Assembly: GCA_051294905.1 (NCBI GenBank)
Contig: CM119373.1
Span: 1,118,001-1,182,000 of the forward strand
Reading direction: 5' to 3'
Origin: Botryllus schlosseri
Taxonomy: Eukaryota
Length of the DNA: 64,000 bases
The number at the start of each line of letters is the position of its first letter. Positions within the stretch are counted from its first letter, which is position 1. Shown here in pieces: positions 12,901-24,999 of the stretch. The translations under genes and the position numbers were made by a program. A model generated the notes under the pieces. That model had not been told where the DNA came from. It saw nothing but the letters and a program-made list of their open reading frames with translations, and searched no databases.

Positions 12901-12955
12901 CAAACCTACAGAGCCAGTTGAGCATCTTTCCATAATAAATTACGCATTCGAATTT

Positions 12956-13423
12956 ATATCTAATATACTATTGGCGATTATCCTGGCAGTATGCGACGTT
13001 GCAGATGAAGAATTATACCAGTACGTCGGCTGTAGCGTGGCACTGCCTTGTAAGGGTGTTTACAGTGACGATAGTCGGTTTAACTTGTCAAACGGCATCG
13101 TCTACAAATTGTTCAAGGATTCGCAGAATATTGTTGAAGTAACCATGGTTAGAGACAACCTCACCAAACAATTTCAGCCAGTTGACCCAGAGGTGGAAAA
13201 ATCTTCCGACCGTACCGAGTGCAAGGAGCATGAGATATTGATAAAGAATCTGAAATTATCAGACGGCGGTCGAAACACATGCACAGTACATACCCCATTC
13301 TATGCCAACAGCGTATCTACTGTTTTAACCGTTGAAGAACGCCCCGATATGCGCATGAATTTCACCTGCATCGTGAAGCCATTCATCCACTGGAAGCCGC
13401 GCGAAAAATCTCTGGCAACATAA
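12956..13423 (+). pseudogene. Intronless immunoglobulin V-type domain protein, probably decayed
   Basis: Signal-like ILLAIILAV, B strand VGCSVALPC, E/F strands ILIKNLKLSDGGRNTC (DxGxYxC with Y>N), G strand TVLTVEERP, then the start of a possible second domain FTCIVKPFIHW. ATA sits where a start codon would be expected. Confidence 0.65.
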
Positions 13424-13473
13424 CCACGCTTACCACTCAGGGCACCTATCAATTCATTGCTAAGAACGAGAAC

Positions 13474-14247
13474 GGACTTCACCAGAATAGGCATATAGCG
13501 GCATCTGTAATCGGTGAGCTATGTCCGTGTTCGGTCCTATCATATTGCCCATTCACGAATGTACTTCCGAACCGCGAACCTGATTCAACATTCGGATTGC
13601 CTATAGTGACCAGGCCCTGGTCGAACAAGGCAAATGTTGACTAAGGCTAGGCCCGACCCGAAAATGCAGTGACATTTGGAGAAATAATGTGGTATTAACG
13701 CCTTCAAACACACTCCACAAACTGAAATACGCAACTCGGCTCAGTTATACAACTGCCTCTTACGGAAGCACCGCTTCAAATGAGCGAGCTTGCCAGTTTG
13801 CGTCTTCGACCTGTCAATGTCGAAAAACGTCTTGCCAGTTAATTTACCACGTTGTGAAAATTTGCTGCGGGCCCAAGCGGACCGGAACTGCATCGAAGTT
13901 ATTGTCGTAACCACTGTATTAAACTCTTTTATTGAACACTGTTTTCAAGCATTCGGAATGTTAAATTAGCCACCAACAAACGAACCAAAATAGGCTATTC
14001 TTCAGCAACCAACGTGGCTATTCTTCAGCAACCAATGTGAGGTCAAAAATGTTGTTCCCAGAAAATCTGTTGGAAGAATATTTATTTTCTGCTGCACCAC
14101 CGAGGAAAGAGAGACATTTATTGATTCTTCCCATCAAAAAGAAAATCACACTAGAAGGAAACTTAATTGTCCGGGACAGGGTGTGATCGATGTGACTCTG
14201 GCTAGAGTCAACTGGTCTGATTACCCCGTGCATCCAACTATTACAGA
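13474..14247 (+). repeat. ~770-bp dispersed repeat, copy 1
   Basis: Aligns by eye along its length, with many substitutions and indels, to 47160-47925 in the same orientation (GGACTTCACCAGAATAGGCATATAGCG...CCAACTATTA). Confidence 0.85.
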
Positions 14248-14329
14248 TGTTATTTAGGAATGCGGTTGCGATAAATATCGTAGGTGGTTAGTTTATCGAG
14301 TATCTACATCATTTTGCGTCTCCATGCTA

Positions 14330-14440
14330 CTCAAGAGTGGTGAGCGCCTAACCGGAAAGCCACGGCCATAAGTTTTACGATCTAATCTTTGGTCTGTGTG
14401 ACGACTCTGGCAAGGCCGGGGCTTGAACCCACGACCAATC
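14330..14440 (-). mobile_element. tRNA-derived SINE fragment related to the 491 copy
   Basis: Minus strand GGTCGTGGGTTCAAGCCCCGGCC (B box)...CAGACCAAAGA...TTTCCGGTTAGGCGCT. Confidence 0.55.
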
Positions 14441-14837
14441 GTGGCTTCAAGATGACGAGATGACCAAAACGTCATCTCGTCGATGTCGTAGTACAAATTT
14501 CGAGTCATTAGTAATTTTACATTACTCGCAAACACGCATCTTGCCTTTTCGAAAGCACCACCTCTGTGGAAGTATAAAAAGTATTTTCACTCTCAAATAA
14601 ATCTCAGCAGCCTCTTTGATAACTTTTCAGACCTTTCATATCTACTTCTACTTGTAAATGAGTAGGAATAATTATCACGATCATTTTTATCCTACTTGAG
14701 TAGTTACGTAGACTACTTTGACCCAATCTATAAGCTAATTCTGCACTTCAACAATCTTTTTTTGATGATGAAATACTAATTTTTTATTCGTAATTGTGGC
14801 CGATGAAAAGTAGTTTGAGATGTACTTCAACAACACG

Positions 14838-15310
14838 TAGGGCTGGGCACAATGATTCGAATCTGAATCGAGTATTAATCTGAATGATTCCAGTCGAGTA
14901 GTAAATCACGATTGTTTCGAGTACTGTAATTATGCTCTCATCATCACTGAAAGGTAATTTATCAACGAGAATTATAGTTTCGATACTATTTTCCACTGTG
15001 GAAGCCTTGAAACTTTGAATAGCTGTATCGCAGCATACGAAACATAGTACAAAGCCACGGACGTTACTGGAAATAACACATTTCTGAAGTCATGACCACC
15101 CCACAACATTTGTCACTGAGTACAATGAGATCGGTATGGTCGAAAGAATATTAACGTAATTTTAATGTGATGGATAATAGGCATTGTATATTCTTTGTGG
15201 TGGCACGAAAGATACATATTTGAACTTCGACATAATACATTATGTTATGACTTCATTACGAGAAATACTCGACTCGACTCATGACACGTGATTCAGAATC
15301 GAATCACTAA
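14838..15310. mobile_element. Inverted, one-end-truncated copy of the 9243 MITE
   Basis: Starts TAGGGCTGGGCACAATGATTCGA and is the reverse complement of ~9265-9691. Confidence 0.8.
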
Positions 15311-16210
15311 GGGTGGAGGCCAAAAATATAGATCAAATAAAAGATCTGGGGATTTTGCACGTTGCTGGATTTTCTGCGGGCCAGAAAGGTAGATTAGTAA
15401 GATTCTGCCAGAACCGACTGATTACAGACTGCTGCTTCTTGATCCTGGTCGCCACCAGGATTAAAGTCTGGATTAAGGTACACAAGCATATAAATTTGTG
15501 CGAGGTTCGTAATAGTTAGGATATTGTAGTTTGGAAATGCTTTTCTGAGGTTCGTTATAAAGACAATGAAGATTGCATGTTGGCGATATTTTGTTACCGG
15601 TACCCAATTGTGCTTCTCCTTATTGACTGATGATCATGTTATTACAGAATGTTCAATGATAATTGCATACAAACTATGTAATAAACGAGTTCCGCCGTCC
15701 TCTTGCATTGGAAACAATCAACCAAGCCGTGATATGCCACATCACCAAACATGGCAAAAAACAGAATAGCAATTGAAGGTTGCTTCAAAACAAGAGAAAG
15801 TGTCAAAACTGAAAATGACAGAAGGCCTTCAGAACATTCAATTGGAAGAGTGACTGAAGATACGGTATCTGACCCGGTGACTGTTCTATTTATTTCAAGG
15901 TAAGTTTGTAGACATTAATTATATCCATAATAAGGCGCATATCAGTAAATTAATGCTTAAAGCTGTCATACCAGCACAGGTTCAGCCACTTGAACATCAT
16001 TTTGAAAGTGATTCCACCGTATTGTCTGTAGTTACTGCAGAAAATCAATCATGCAAGTTATTTTGCAAGATAGTAATGAGAACTTGTTCGATACATTGAC
16101 CACATCGAGATGTGCTCTCCATGATGATGATCGGTTCGTGTCAGAGGCAACTCTTCTCGTTATTTTCATCACTACATTTTGCTAACACATAGTTACAATC
16201 CTGTAACAAT

Positions 16211-16603
16211 GGAGCCTGACCGATTATATCGGTTTGCAAATAGTATAGACTCGATATCACTCTTTGAAATAATTATAGTTATCGGCCATTGGAAATGAAT
16301 AACTATGGGCAATTTTCGTTACGTCACAGCATGTTGATAGGAAGTCCACTAGACTGAGAATATTGATATATTCCACATAAATTACACTTTACAGGTGTGC
16401 TGATACAGCATTTCTAGTTTATTTCCTGACCAAGTATAGCATTGGCTGTAAAGCTGTTCAAATAGATGCTCTGAAGTTTTTTTAAATGCACATTTTGAGG
16501 TATTCCACACATTTTCAATATGGGCTATAGTAGTTATCGGTGAAGGAGTTAGATATTGGTTTTATCGGTATCGGCCAAAAACTTCAATATCAGTCGGGCT
16601 CTA
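16211..16603. mobile_element. MITE rich in ATCGG/CCGAT motifs
   Basis: Imperfect TIR GAGCCTGACCGAT...ATCAGTCGGGCTCTA, related to 51578-52116. Confidence 0.55.
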
Positions 16604-17373
16604 GTATACAATACAATGAAAACTACCAATTCTGCACTTTGTGATCAGCTGGTTGCAAAATACAAGTTTTTGATGACTAGAGACTGACCGATTATTGGTT
16701 CACCGCTCATATCGAATGGATACCATACTTGGAAACAGATATTGATATCAGCCATTAGAGAGGAAAAAATATCAGTTGGATTAGACGGGACATTCTAACT
16801 GGTAGTAAAACTGATAGAAATAGAAGTAGTCCAACACAAGGCACTTGAGTATGCAGTGTAATTAGGTAAAACCTGTAAATATCGTTTTTACAGCTTTATA
16901 CTTGGTTTAACCATGACCTTGCTTATAGAAGAAAAACCCTTTGTTTCGGTGAAATCTCGCCTATTATCTCCGTATCGGTCAACTTTTACCCCTTAAACGT
17001 ATGATAAATACTTCGGAACTAGTGCACTATACACCAACATTACCCGTTCATGGTGATCACCTTATTGACTCAATCTTTCCACACGTCAACCTTTTTCTTT
17101 TATTGTTCTCTCGAATTGATATTTCATGACTCACCAGATTTCTAGTTACGAGGTTTCAGTTTTTCCCGTTTACGCCCATTACGTAAAATACTTCATTAGA
17201 TACCTATTACATACGATGCGCCGCCGGTTTATTTTTGTACGCCTTATACCTATCGCAATGTTACTTCTAAAATTACCAAATTTATCACACCACACTTCAC
17301 TTCTTCCATAAAACAAACTATGAAAATCACGTATTTATCTCCAAATCTCAAACACCCATTCTTACCTTCAGAT

Positions 17374-18027
17374 TTAGTCATTCTCCGTTGTGTTCCGTAT
17401 TACTCTTATCGCCATCCATTGACTTGTTCCGTTTCGTCTCCTCGTGTTCCTCATACGACTTAAGGTTCTACGTCGACGACACCTTATACAACCTACCCAT
17501 AACACAATCAACAGAGAAACCAACCCTGTTACCACCATTATTACAACCACTGGTTCCACGATAGGTATCAGATTCGCACCCTCCATAATCATCCTATCGA
17601 TCAAGGATAATCCTCTTACCTTATACCCACCTTCCATCATCACCAGTTCGTGCAGCCATCGAGTATAGTTGTAGTCTACGAAATCTGTGGTTGTCTTCCC
17701 CACGGGGGTTCTTGATAGTCGGTAATATTCAGGTTCGGGTGTTCCCAACCTTTGGTTTTTCTTCCCAGGCAGAGGTGATGCGCCAGCCATCGTTGACTCC
17801 AAGGTAGTATTCATTAGTTCGACACTGCTCGAGGACGAGTCGTCTTTGCCGTCTCCTGTTGAATACAAAACAGTTGTTTCGGTACTTACCTTGTGGTTGT
17901 GGTCCGGGTTTTGGTAGTCCGTCCCGATGTCGATTCCGTCATCATCTCTGGAGTCCTGCAGAGCGTCTGCAGTGGTAACCGGATGCACTCGCGTTGTTGT
18001 GGATGTTTCACCAATGATTTTCGTCAT
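17374..18027 (-). CDS. Ser/Thr-rich type I membrane protein (env-position ORF), possibly 5'-truncated
   Basis: Open 217-aa frame with a Thr/Ser/Asp-rich region, a hydrophobic segment PVVVIMVVTGLVSLLIVLWVGCI and a basic stop-transfer RCRRRR. Confidence 0.6.
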   Translation of the reverse strand: MTKIIGETSTTTRVHPVTTADALQDSRDDDGIDIGTDYQNPDHNHKVSTETTVLYSTGDGKDDSSSSSVELMNTTLESTMAGASPLPGKKNQRLGTPEPEYYRLSRTPVGKTTTDFVDYNYTRWLHELVMMEGGYKVRGLSLIDRMIMEGANLIPIVEPVVVIMVVTGLVSLLIVLWVGCIRCRRRRTLSRMRNTRRRNGTSQWMAIRVIRNTTEND

Positions 18028-20200
18028 TCCGTAGGTTTGGTTTCACGCGCGAAGAGTTTGCAACTGTTGCTTCCCATAAGTCGCATCAGTTGGTTTGACA
18101 GTTTTATACTCCTCCTTTTTGTTAGCCATCGATTTCGATCGTCTTCCTTGCACCAGCCTCGCTTTCATCCGCCATTGTATTGTAAGGGGTGGCAGATGTT
18201 TCAGCGCTGTAGTGCTTGGATCATAGTCTTTCGCCGCTGGAGTTACCCACGTCGGACATTAGTAAGCGATCATGTACACTTCTTGGGATGGGGGTTTACC
18301 TATGACGTCCGTCTTGCTACTATCGAGTGCGACTCGCCTTGTCTTGTAGTCTTTCATTTATTTTCTCATGAACAACAAAAATAGCCAATTTTCATTTGGC
18401 AAAACCTTGTTCAATAATACCAAAATCAGGTATTATATCTATTGCTTCCTTTAGTGCTTTCGCCTGACCCTCCCGCGTCAGGTTATAGGGGCCAGAAACG
18501 AAAGGCTTAGTCGATGGGTCCTTACGTCCGATGTCGCATTGGTATTTCATGGATTGGGGGGCGCTGAGTTGGCCCCGCAGGCTATCAAGTTCGGAAGCAA
18601 ATGGATCATAAACGGCTGTCAAGACTCCTTCAGGAATGGCGATATTTTCTAGGCCAGCCAAAAGTCAGGAGGTTTGTATGACAGTTTCGCCAGTGCTACC
18701 GATTGTGCACAGAAACTTTCGAGTTCCGTCTTCACGCTGGGACTGGTGTCTTGTCGTAAGGTTACATAGTAGGCCCAATGCGAATCTCGTGATGAACGGG
18801 GTTTTGGTGTTGGTGGAGAGAGGGCGAGGTTTTTCGTTGTCAGCGGGGATTCCCAACCTATTCAATCTGACCTCTGATCTCGGCGCGTGCCCACGCCTAC
18901 CGTCACGCCGGCGGATTCGGTCGCCGCGCGGGGGCCCGTTTCTGGGGAGACGTGCATCTTAAAATCCCCAGACTACTTGCCGGTCATGACCGGACATGTG
19001 TCCGGTTAGGCGGTAACAGCTGCTTTGTTTGGGAAATTACTCATAACTGTGGCTGTCGTCATGCATCTATGGGCCGAATTGTTACAGTTATTCGGACAAG
19101 TGCATCCACGAGAGCTTTCAGGACCAGTTTTCTCGTGCAGGTCCTTATTTACGTCAGCCGGGATTCCGCGCTCGACGTCTTCATTATTGGTGCCGTCAGG
19201 GATTCCTGACTCGACACATCTTTAGTTAGTGCCAGCAGTGCTAACTGACCCGACACTTTCTCGACTAGTGCCAGCAGGGGCTACCTGACCCAACACTAGG
19301 GATTTCCCATATTTTTTTGACCTTTTGGGAAAGAAGGTAAGACAGTTGCCGTCGTTAGATCGGCGTATTTATGATTGGTGCCAGCAGGGATTCCTAACTC
19401 GACACATTTCGCGCCAGTGGTGATTACCATCTCGACACTTGCGCCAGCGGCAACGGCCTGCGGCGACACAGACAACGTGCCGGCTCGACGCTTATCTGGT
19501 TTGCAGCTTCCATCAACCCATTATCGGTTACAGTGTCGCGAAGACTGCTTCCGACTTTGGTTCCGTCCCGTTGATCACACGAGATCCCGTCATGAAGCGT
19601 TACTAAAGACAACCCTTCGTTTGCATTAGGCGGAGATTCAAATTCAGTCGCTATGTTTGGTAATTGTTGTACATGATCAATCCATTTTAGACCTACAATA
19701 TCGAGAGGTCTCCTTCCTCGATCGCAAATGGAGCCGATAGTCCGTCGAAATTGATTATTACTAAGGAGTCAACGTGGGAGGAGTCACCTATATCACGTAG
19801 TTTCATGTCTATAGGTTGTCGCTCCTCCCAGCTTGGCGGGTATTAGGTTTCTACGACGTTTTTCAATTTGAGGACGCTTCCCGTGTCGGCGCAGAAAACC
19901 CCAGTTGTGATCCTTCGATGATCTTTTCTTTTCATAGATTGGCGTTCGCAGATAGTAAGGAGGTAATCGATGTGTTCGTCTTCAGACTCTCCCCCGTCCA
20001 CTGAAATTGCCAAGAAATGACGCTGAGCCCCAGAAGACCAGTTGGTGCCTCCATTTGATTAGAGTGTAGCTTCATGGCGCTTGCCATGCAAGTATTCCAC
20101 ACTTGGTTCGATTTACTTCACAGAGCTCAACCACATCTCCTGGCTTTTCCACATTTTCCCACACCCCTTATACAACCCAGTTTTGTCGACGTTGATTGCA
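17374..20200 (-). mobile_element. Internally deleted Gypsy-like LTR retrotransposon with a 3' membrane-protein ORF
   Basis: PBS TGGAGGCACC (20053-20044, complementary to a tRNA-Thr 3' end), a Cys/His knuckle-like CRWRKCRDGNHHWREMC near 19400-19460, the RT start KPFVSGPYNL...GIIE (18392-18661), then the ORF at 17374-18027. LTR boundaries not resolved. Confidence 0.65.
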
Positions 20201-23200
20201 GCATTGGTTGCAGATTGATCGAACGAAGCAGTGACCTTGGAAGGTCCAGCGGCTCAAACTATTCATACAATAGACAAGCCCCTTGGCTTAATTCAACCAA
20301 CATATTCCAATAATTATCATGCAGACAGCAATGAAGTATCTATGCAAAACTCGGTTAAGTTGGCACACGGAACATACGTCAATCACAACACGAGTCAAGA
20401 TTTAACCTATTCATATTCATGCACGATTAATAACAGTTCAATACTCCAAGGTGTGTTTACACCATAAATGTGACGGTATTTCCTGCCGACAATATACATG
20501 CATAAAATATACAAAAAATATGCCAATCGATGCCATAAAAAAACAATACCACACAGAGTTCAAGTTGACCAATTTGCCGACCACCTTGTTTATAAGAGTT
20601 CCCCAGTCTTCCAGATGCAGATATCAAACTGCAATTAGTCCAGGAACCGACCCCTTGTTTGAGTCGTTACTACTTAGGATCATCAAGTAGCCTACTTGCG
20701 TGCTGTCGATTCGGAGATCGGGCATTCCAAGTCCAACAGAACGCAGGGTTTGTTGAGGGTTCGTTGTAACGATATCCCGAATGCAATACCTCTATGTTCT
20801 TGGCTCTTTCCATCTTTAGCTCATCGGCGTTATGGAGCGATTCCAGCAAATTTGATCGAGCTGCTTCATTTATGTATGCATTGCAATTTCGGTTAGCAGT
20901 CGCACCCATTTCATCGCGCTGCTTTATTTCTGTATACTTGGCAACTGCAGCAAGCAGCCGATCCAATCAATAGCATGTCAAGATTTTTCAGAGGGACATC
21001 GGAACATCACCCTTCAATCTCAAAAGACGTCAAACCCTTTCACAATGCCTCCGTCAATGTCCGGTTTTCTGGATATAGTCTGCTACTGGATGCTTCGTTT
21101 GGGGCTCTGTTTCAGACTGGCGGATTTACTTGGCATAGAGTCACAAGTTCGCCGAAACTAGCGGACGCACCGATGTCGTCTTTATATGCAATAATTGGAT
21201 ACTACAACTGATTGTACAATTCATGTGGACATCATACATGGCATAGATATGCATACATATATCAGTCATACTTCGGCTCACTGTAAAAGCTCGCATACAT
21301 GAAAAAATGGTGGCGCCATTTTTGGTAAAGCAAACTGATGGTATAGCTAACACCTAACATGCATACGACACAGTCCCAGATAAGCACAAAATGATACCAT
21401 CTCACTTATAATAGTCATATGTGAACCAATATCCCAATTGTAATCATGCTATATTCCTTAATCTCCAGTATTGGTGTGCTTAAGCTTTTTTATTCATTCG
21501 TATATATCGTGCTTCATAGGCAATAGACTAGGCTTATCGCGAATTTCGAACTCACATATGCTCCAATGCGTTACCCCAAGAGGTCTTTAAATACCCATGT
21601 TACTATTGTCTTATGGTCCATTACACATCAAATTTTCAAACTTTTGTCCCGTTGGGGTGAAGGGTCCTGACACTAGTATAGGGGCGGGGCCAGTTATGAT
21701 GCCTTATTAATACCTACAGTTGTAGTACTCGCTATTAAATTACTGCAGTAACAACCAACTATTCTCATATTAAATGTTCATAACTTATACCTATCTAAGA
21801 CATGTTAGCGTCATCTTAAAGCAATATGATGGTAGATGTCAAAGATTAGGTAAATGCAGTACTTGAACAATATAAGAAAGATAGGCGTCACGTTGCAATA
21901 ATACGTCATAGTAAACCCTCCCATGAAAATACCCTTTTGCAGATTGATTTTTGCCAATACAGTAAACTTCATAGTTCATACACGTCATGATTGCAATACG
22001 ACAAAATGGCGCTCGTCAGGCGCATTCACTTCGTAAAGTGAATACGCGGACAAAGCGGGTTTTAGGCTAGTGTCATATTCCATCATCGACACATCAGTTT
22101 CGAAAAACGAATGTGTGGATAAGTTCAACCATGGGTTACTTTTCTAAGGTCTTTATATTAGCAGTACTGGCCTGAAGTATTCCTTATGTTATAGGCCTAG
22201 TAATTCCGGTTATATAATATTTCTGTATTTATTGTAGTTGGTGCCTAAAACGTTTTGGAAAGTCTGTCGATATTCTTGGTCTAAAGACCAAGGTATCGAT
22301 CCATTATTTTAGTAGCCCTAATCGTTTTGGAAAGTATATCGGTCTTCTCCAGGGTCTACCACCAAGGTACCGAGGTAGCAATTTGAAATCCGTTGACATT
22401 GTTGTTTGCGATTAGATAGCCGGCAACTATACTGGCGCTTCAGCGCTAGGACGTAAAATCGACACAAGGCCCCGATACACATGACAACACAAAATGGACA
22501 CAGTAGCCAACGAACTGGCTCGCTGCTCCTTGACCATTTACAGCGTCTCCACAGGGGCATTGACGTCCTGATCAGAATGGTATTGAGTGTATTGACCTTG
22601 CCGGAATAGTAGCGCTTGTGACGTTCAGATATAGTTAAATATATTTCCATTTCGAGTCAGACCCAGACAACTAGAAAATTTTCAGCTTTTCCGAATTAGA
22701 TGAGTTTTAGAGCTACACAGCTTTTTCAAATTACGTTAAAATTAGAATTAGATTACTGGCATTTCGCTCTAATTCCGTGAGATTAGACGACTATAATTAT
22801 TTAGTTGTCCAAGCCTGGTTCGAGTCGCCTGCTGGCAGTACCAATAATAAATCCAATTTGACTTTGTCCTTGTTATTACTTAATGCGACAAGTGGGTATA
22901 TTTCTGAAGCTATTTTTGAGTTAGTGCGTTTCATCAATCTGTCAGCGGGGTAAATTGTCCTCAAAAACACTAAACAAGAATGCTCTAAAATGCTGACAAA
23001 ACCATGGAATATCTAGGTATAAAGGCACCCGCCTTATTGTCGGCATAAATATGCACAGCGAACGGCACATATTTATTGACGCACTGCGATACTACACATT
23101 TACAACGCCGCAACATACCCTACGGAAACTTTATCGCCGCTAGTGATTATTTTTCATCCTCACTAATTCTTGGTCCTAGTTCGTCCCATGTAAGCTTACA

Positions 23201-23741
23201 CGAAATAGTAGAGTGTTTTTCGGCATATTCAAATCTTGACTGGAGTCAGGCTCACTTTCAACTAGACACTTTCATCACGCCAAATCTGTCGCAGCCAATT
23301 ACTACACGCGACAGGATAGTTAGTACGACTGCCCTGGATCGCAGTTTCGTGGTGTTTTGAAATGATGAAAATATTATTAAAACTGATTGACTAAACGCGG
23401 CATAAGCACTCATCATTTCCTGCTTTTATATCTCTAGACATTAGTATCTTTGGACTTTAATTAAACTATACTAACTGTCCTACTCGAATTTTCGCGTAAA
23501 TGAATTACATACCTTTCGTATTGATTATTCGAGCGGGTTTCTGCAGATATGGATCAATACCGTTAAGCATGATCCGTTTTGAATACTATCGATAAAATGT
23601 GTTAATATGGTGTAGCCTTCTTTGTTTCATCCATGGCGACTAGGACTATATACCGCGCATGTTTGAGAACAAACGGCAATATTCGCGAAGGATTTCATAT
23701 GTCATCACCCATTCGAATTACAACAGAATATGACTGATATC

Positions 23742-24999
23742 CAGAGGTGGTCAGTCACGAAGTACTCCTACTTTTTGGAAGTATTCAAGTAGTTTTCCTC
23801 TACTTCTAGTACTTATTCAAGTAGATCTGATTTTCTCTACTTCTACTTCTACTTCGTAATATTTTGTGATCTACTTATTTACTTTTCGCTATTTTCAGTT
23901 TGTCAAGTAGAAGTAGTCTAATTCCCCAATACGAACGATAACTTGAGGAATTCCGCGGCTGTTTTCATGGAGTACCAACATTTAATATTCATAAGAGTCA
24001 AGTAAAGCCCAGAAATTTTATTGCGCTTCGCGCATAGTAGTAATGGAGTGACAAATATGTTTTCATGAAAGTATCAGTGAATGTAATTTAGGTACCGGAT
24101 TGCTTGGTTCCTCTCACACCGCATTGTCGTCCTTATCAAATATTTCATCACAGTAAATATGGCCCACCACAACGTTTGAAACTACCGCTTCACAATCTAG
24201 CAATTGCCTATCATATTGTAATCTAGCAGCCCCTTACGTGTCTTGATAATCTGGAAAATCCAGCCTTTTTTAACGTTACACCTGTTTTAGCAGATGACCT
24301 TTTAAGCTTTGTAGACAAAATACAGGAAATATATTCTCCGCTTTTTAGAAGTGGTATTTGTATTTCATTTTAATTGCGAGTATCATACTTTTACTTTCAT
24401 AGATGTTAAAGCATAAACACATGTGTAGTAATGCCTCCATTTTCCGAAAATAAAACTAGCCTACACTAAACATAACTTTTGCGATCCACAATATTTGTTA
24501 TTAACGTATAATAATCACGCAAGGTGATGTAACCGTATCCGATACATTTTCTACGTATTGCTCTTCGCCTAAACTTGGGGCCTTATAATATGGGGTAGGG
24601 CGCCATCCCATGATATTCCCTAAAAACGGGGTGTTCCAGTAAACAAAAGATAACTATCGCATTTTCATATCAGTACTATAATTTGCATCCCATGATGCGA
24701 AACAATAGTTATTATGTCGAAAGTTGATACCTCCTGGGATGCATCAATACGAATCAAGCTCCCTGCACGGGCCGCATAGCTCAATTCGCAGCTTTTGACA
24801 GTCCATGCGAACGAATTAAGACTGTTTTCAAAACTACTTACTTACTTGAGTAGATATAAAGTCAGTTAATTCTACTTCTACTTCAAGTAGTTTTAGGTGG
24901 CTTATTGAAGAAGTACTTCTACTTGTACTTGAGTAGATTTTTCCGACGCTACTCCTACTTCTACTTGAGTAGCTTTCTTGACTACTTTGGCCACCTCTG
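23742..24999. mobile_element. hAT-type MITE (CAGAGGTGG family), complete
   Basis: TIR CAGAGGTGG...CCACCTCTG, perfect TSD CTGATATC (23734-23741, 25000-25007) and TACTT/AAGTA subterminal repeats. Confidence 0.92.

Noticed and set aside
12827..12955. N-terminal part of the 198-aa ORF as a real protein start
   Set aside because: It overlaps the Gypsy integrase remnant and is fused by chance to the Ig frame.
19135..19410. CRISPR-like repeats (GTGCCAGCAGGGATTCCT.ACTCGACAC, ~39-bp period)
   Set aside because: The units are degenerate with no unique spacers of regular length and no cas genes. They lie inside the Gypsy gag region, so this is a coding minisatellite.
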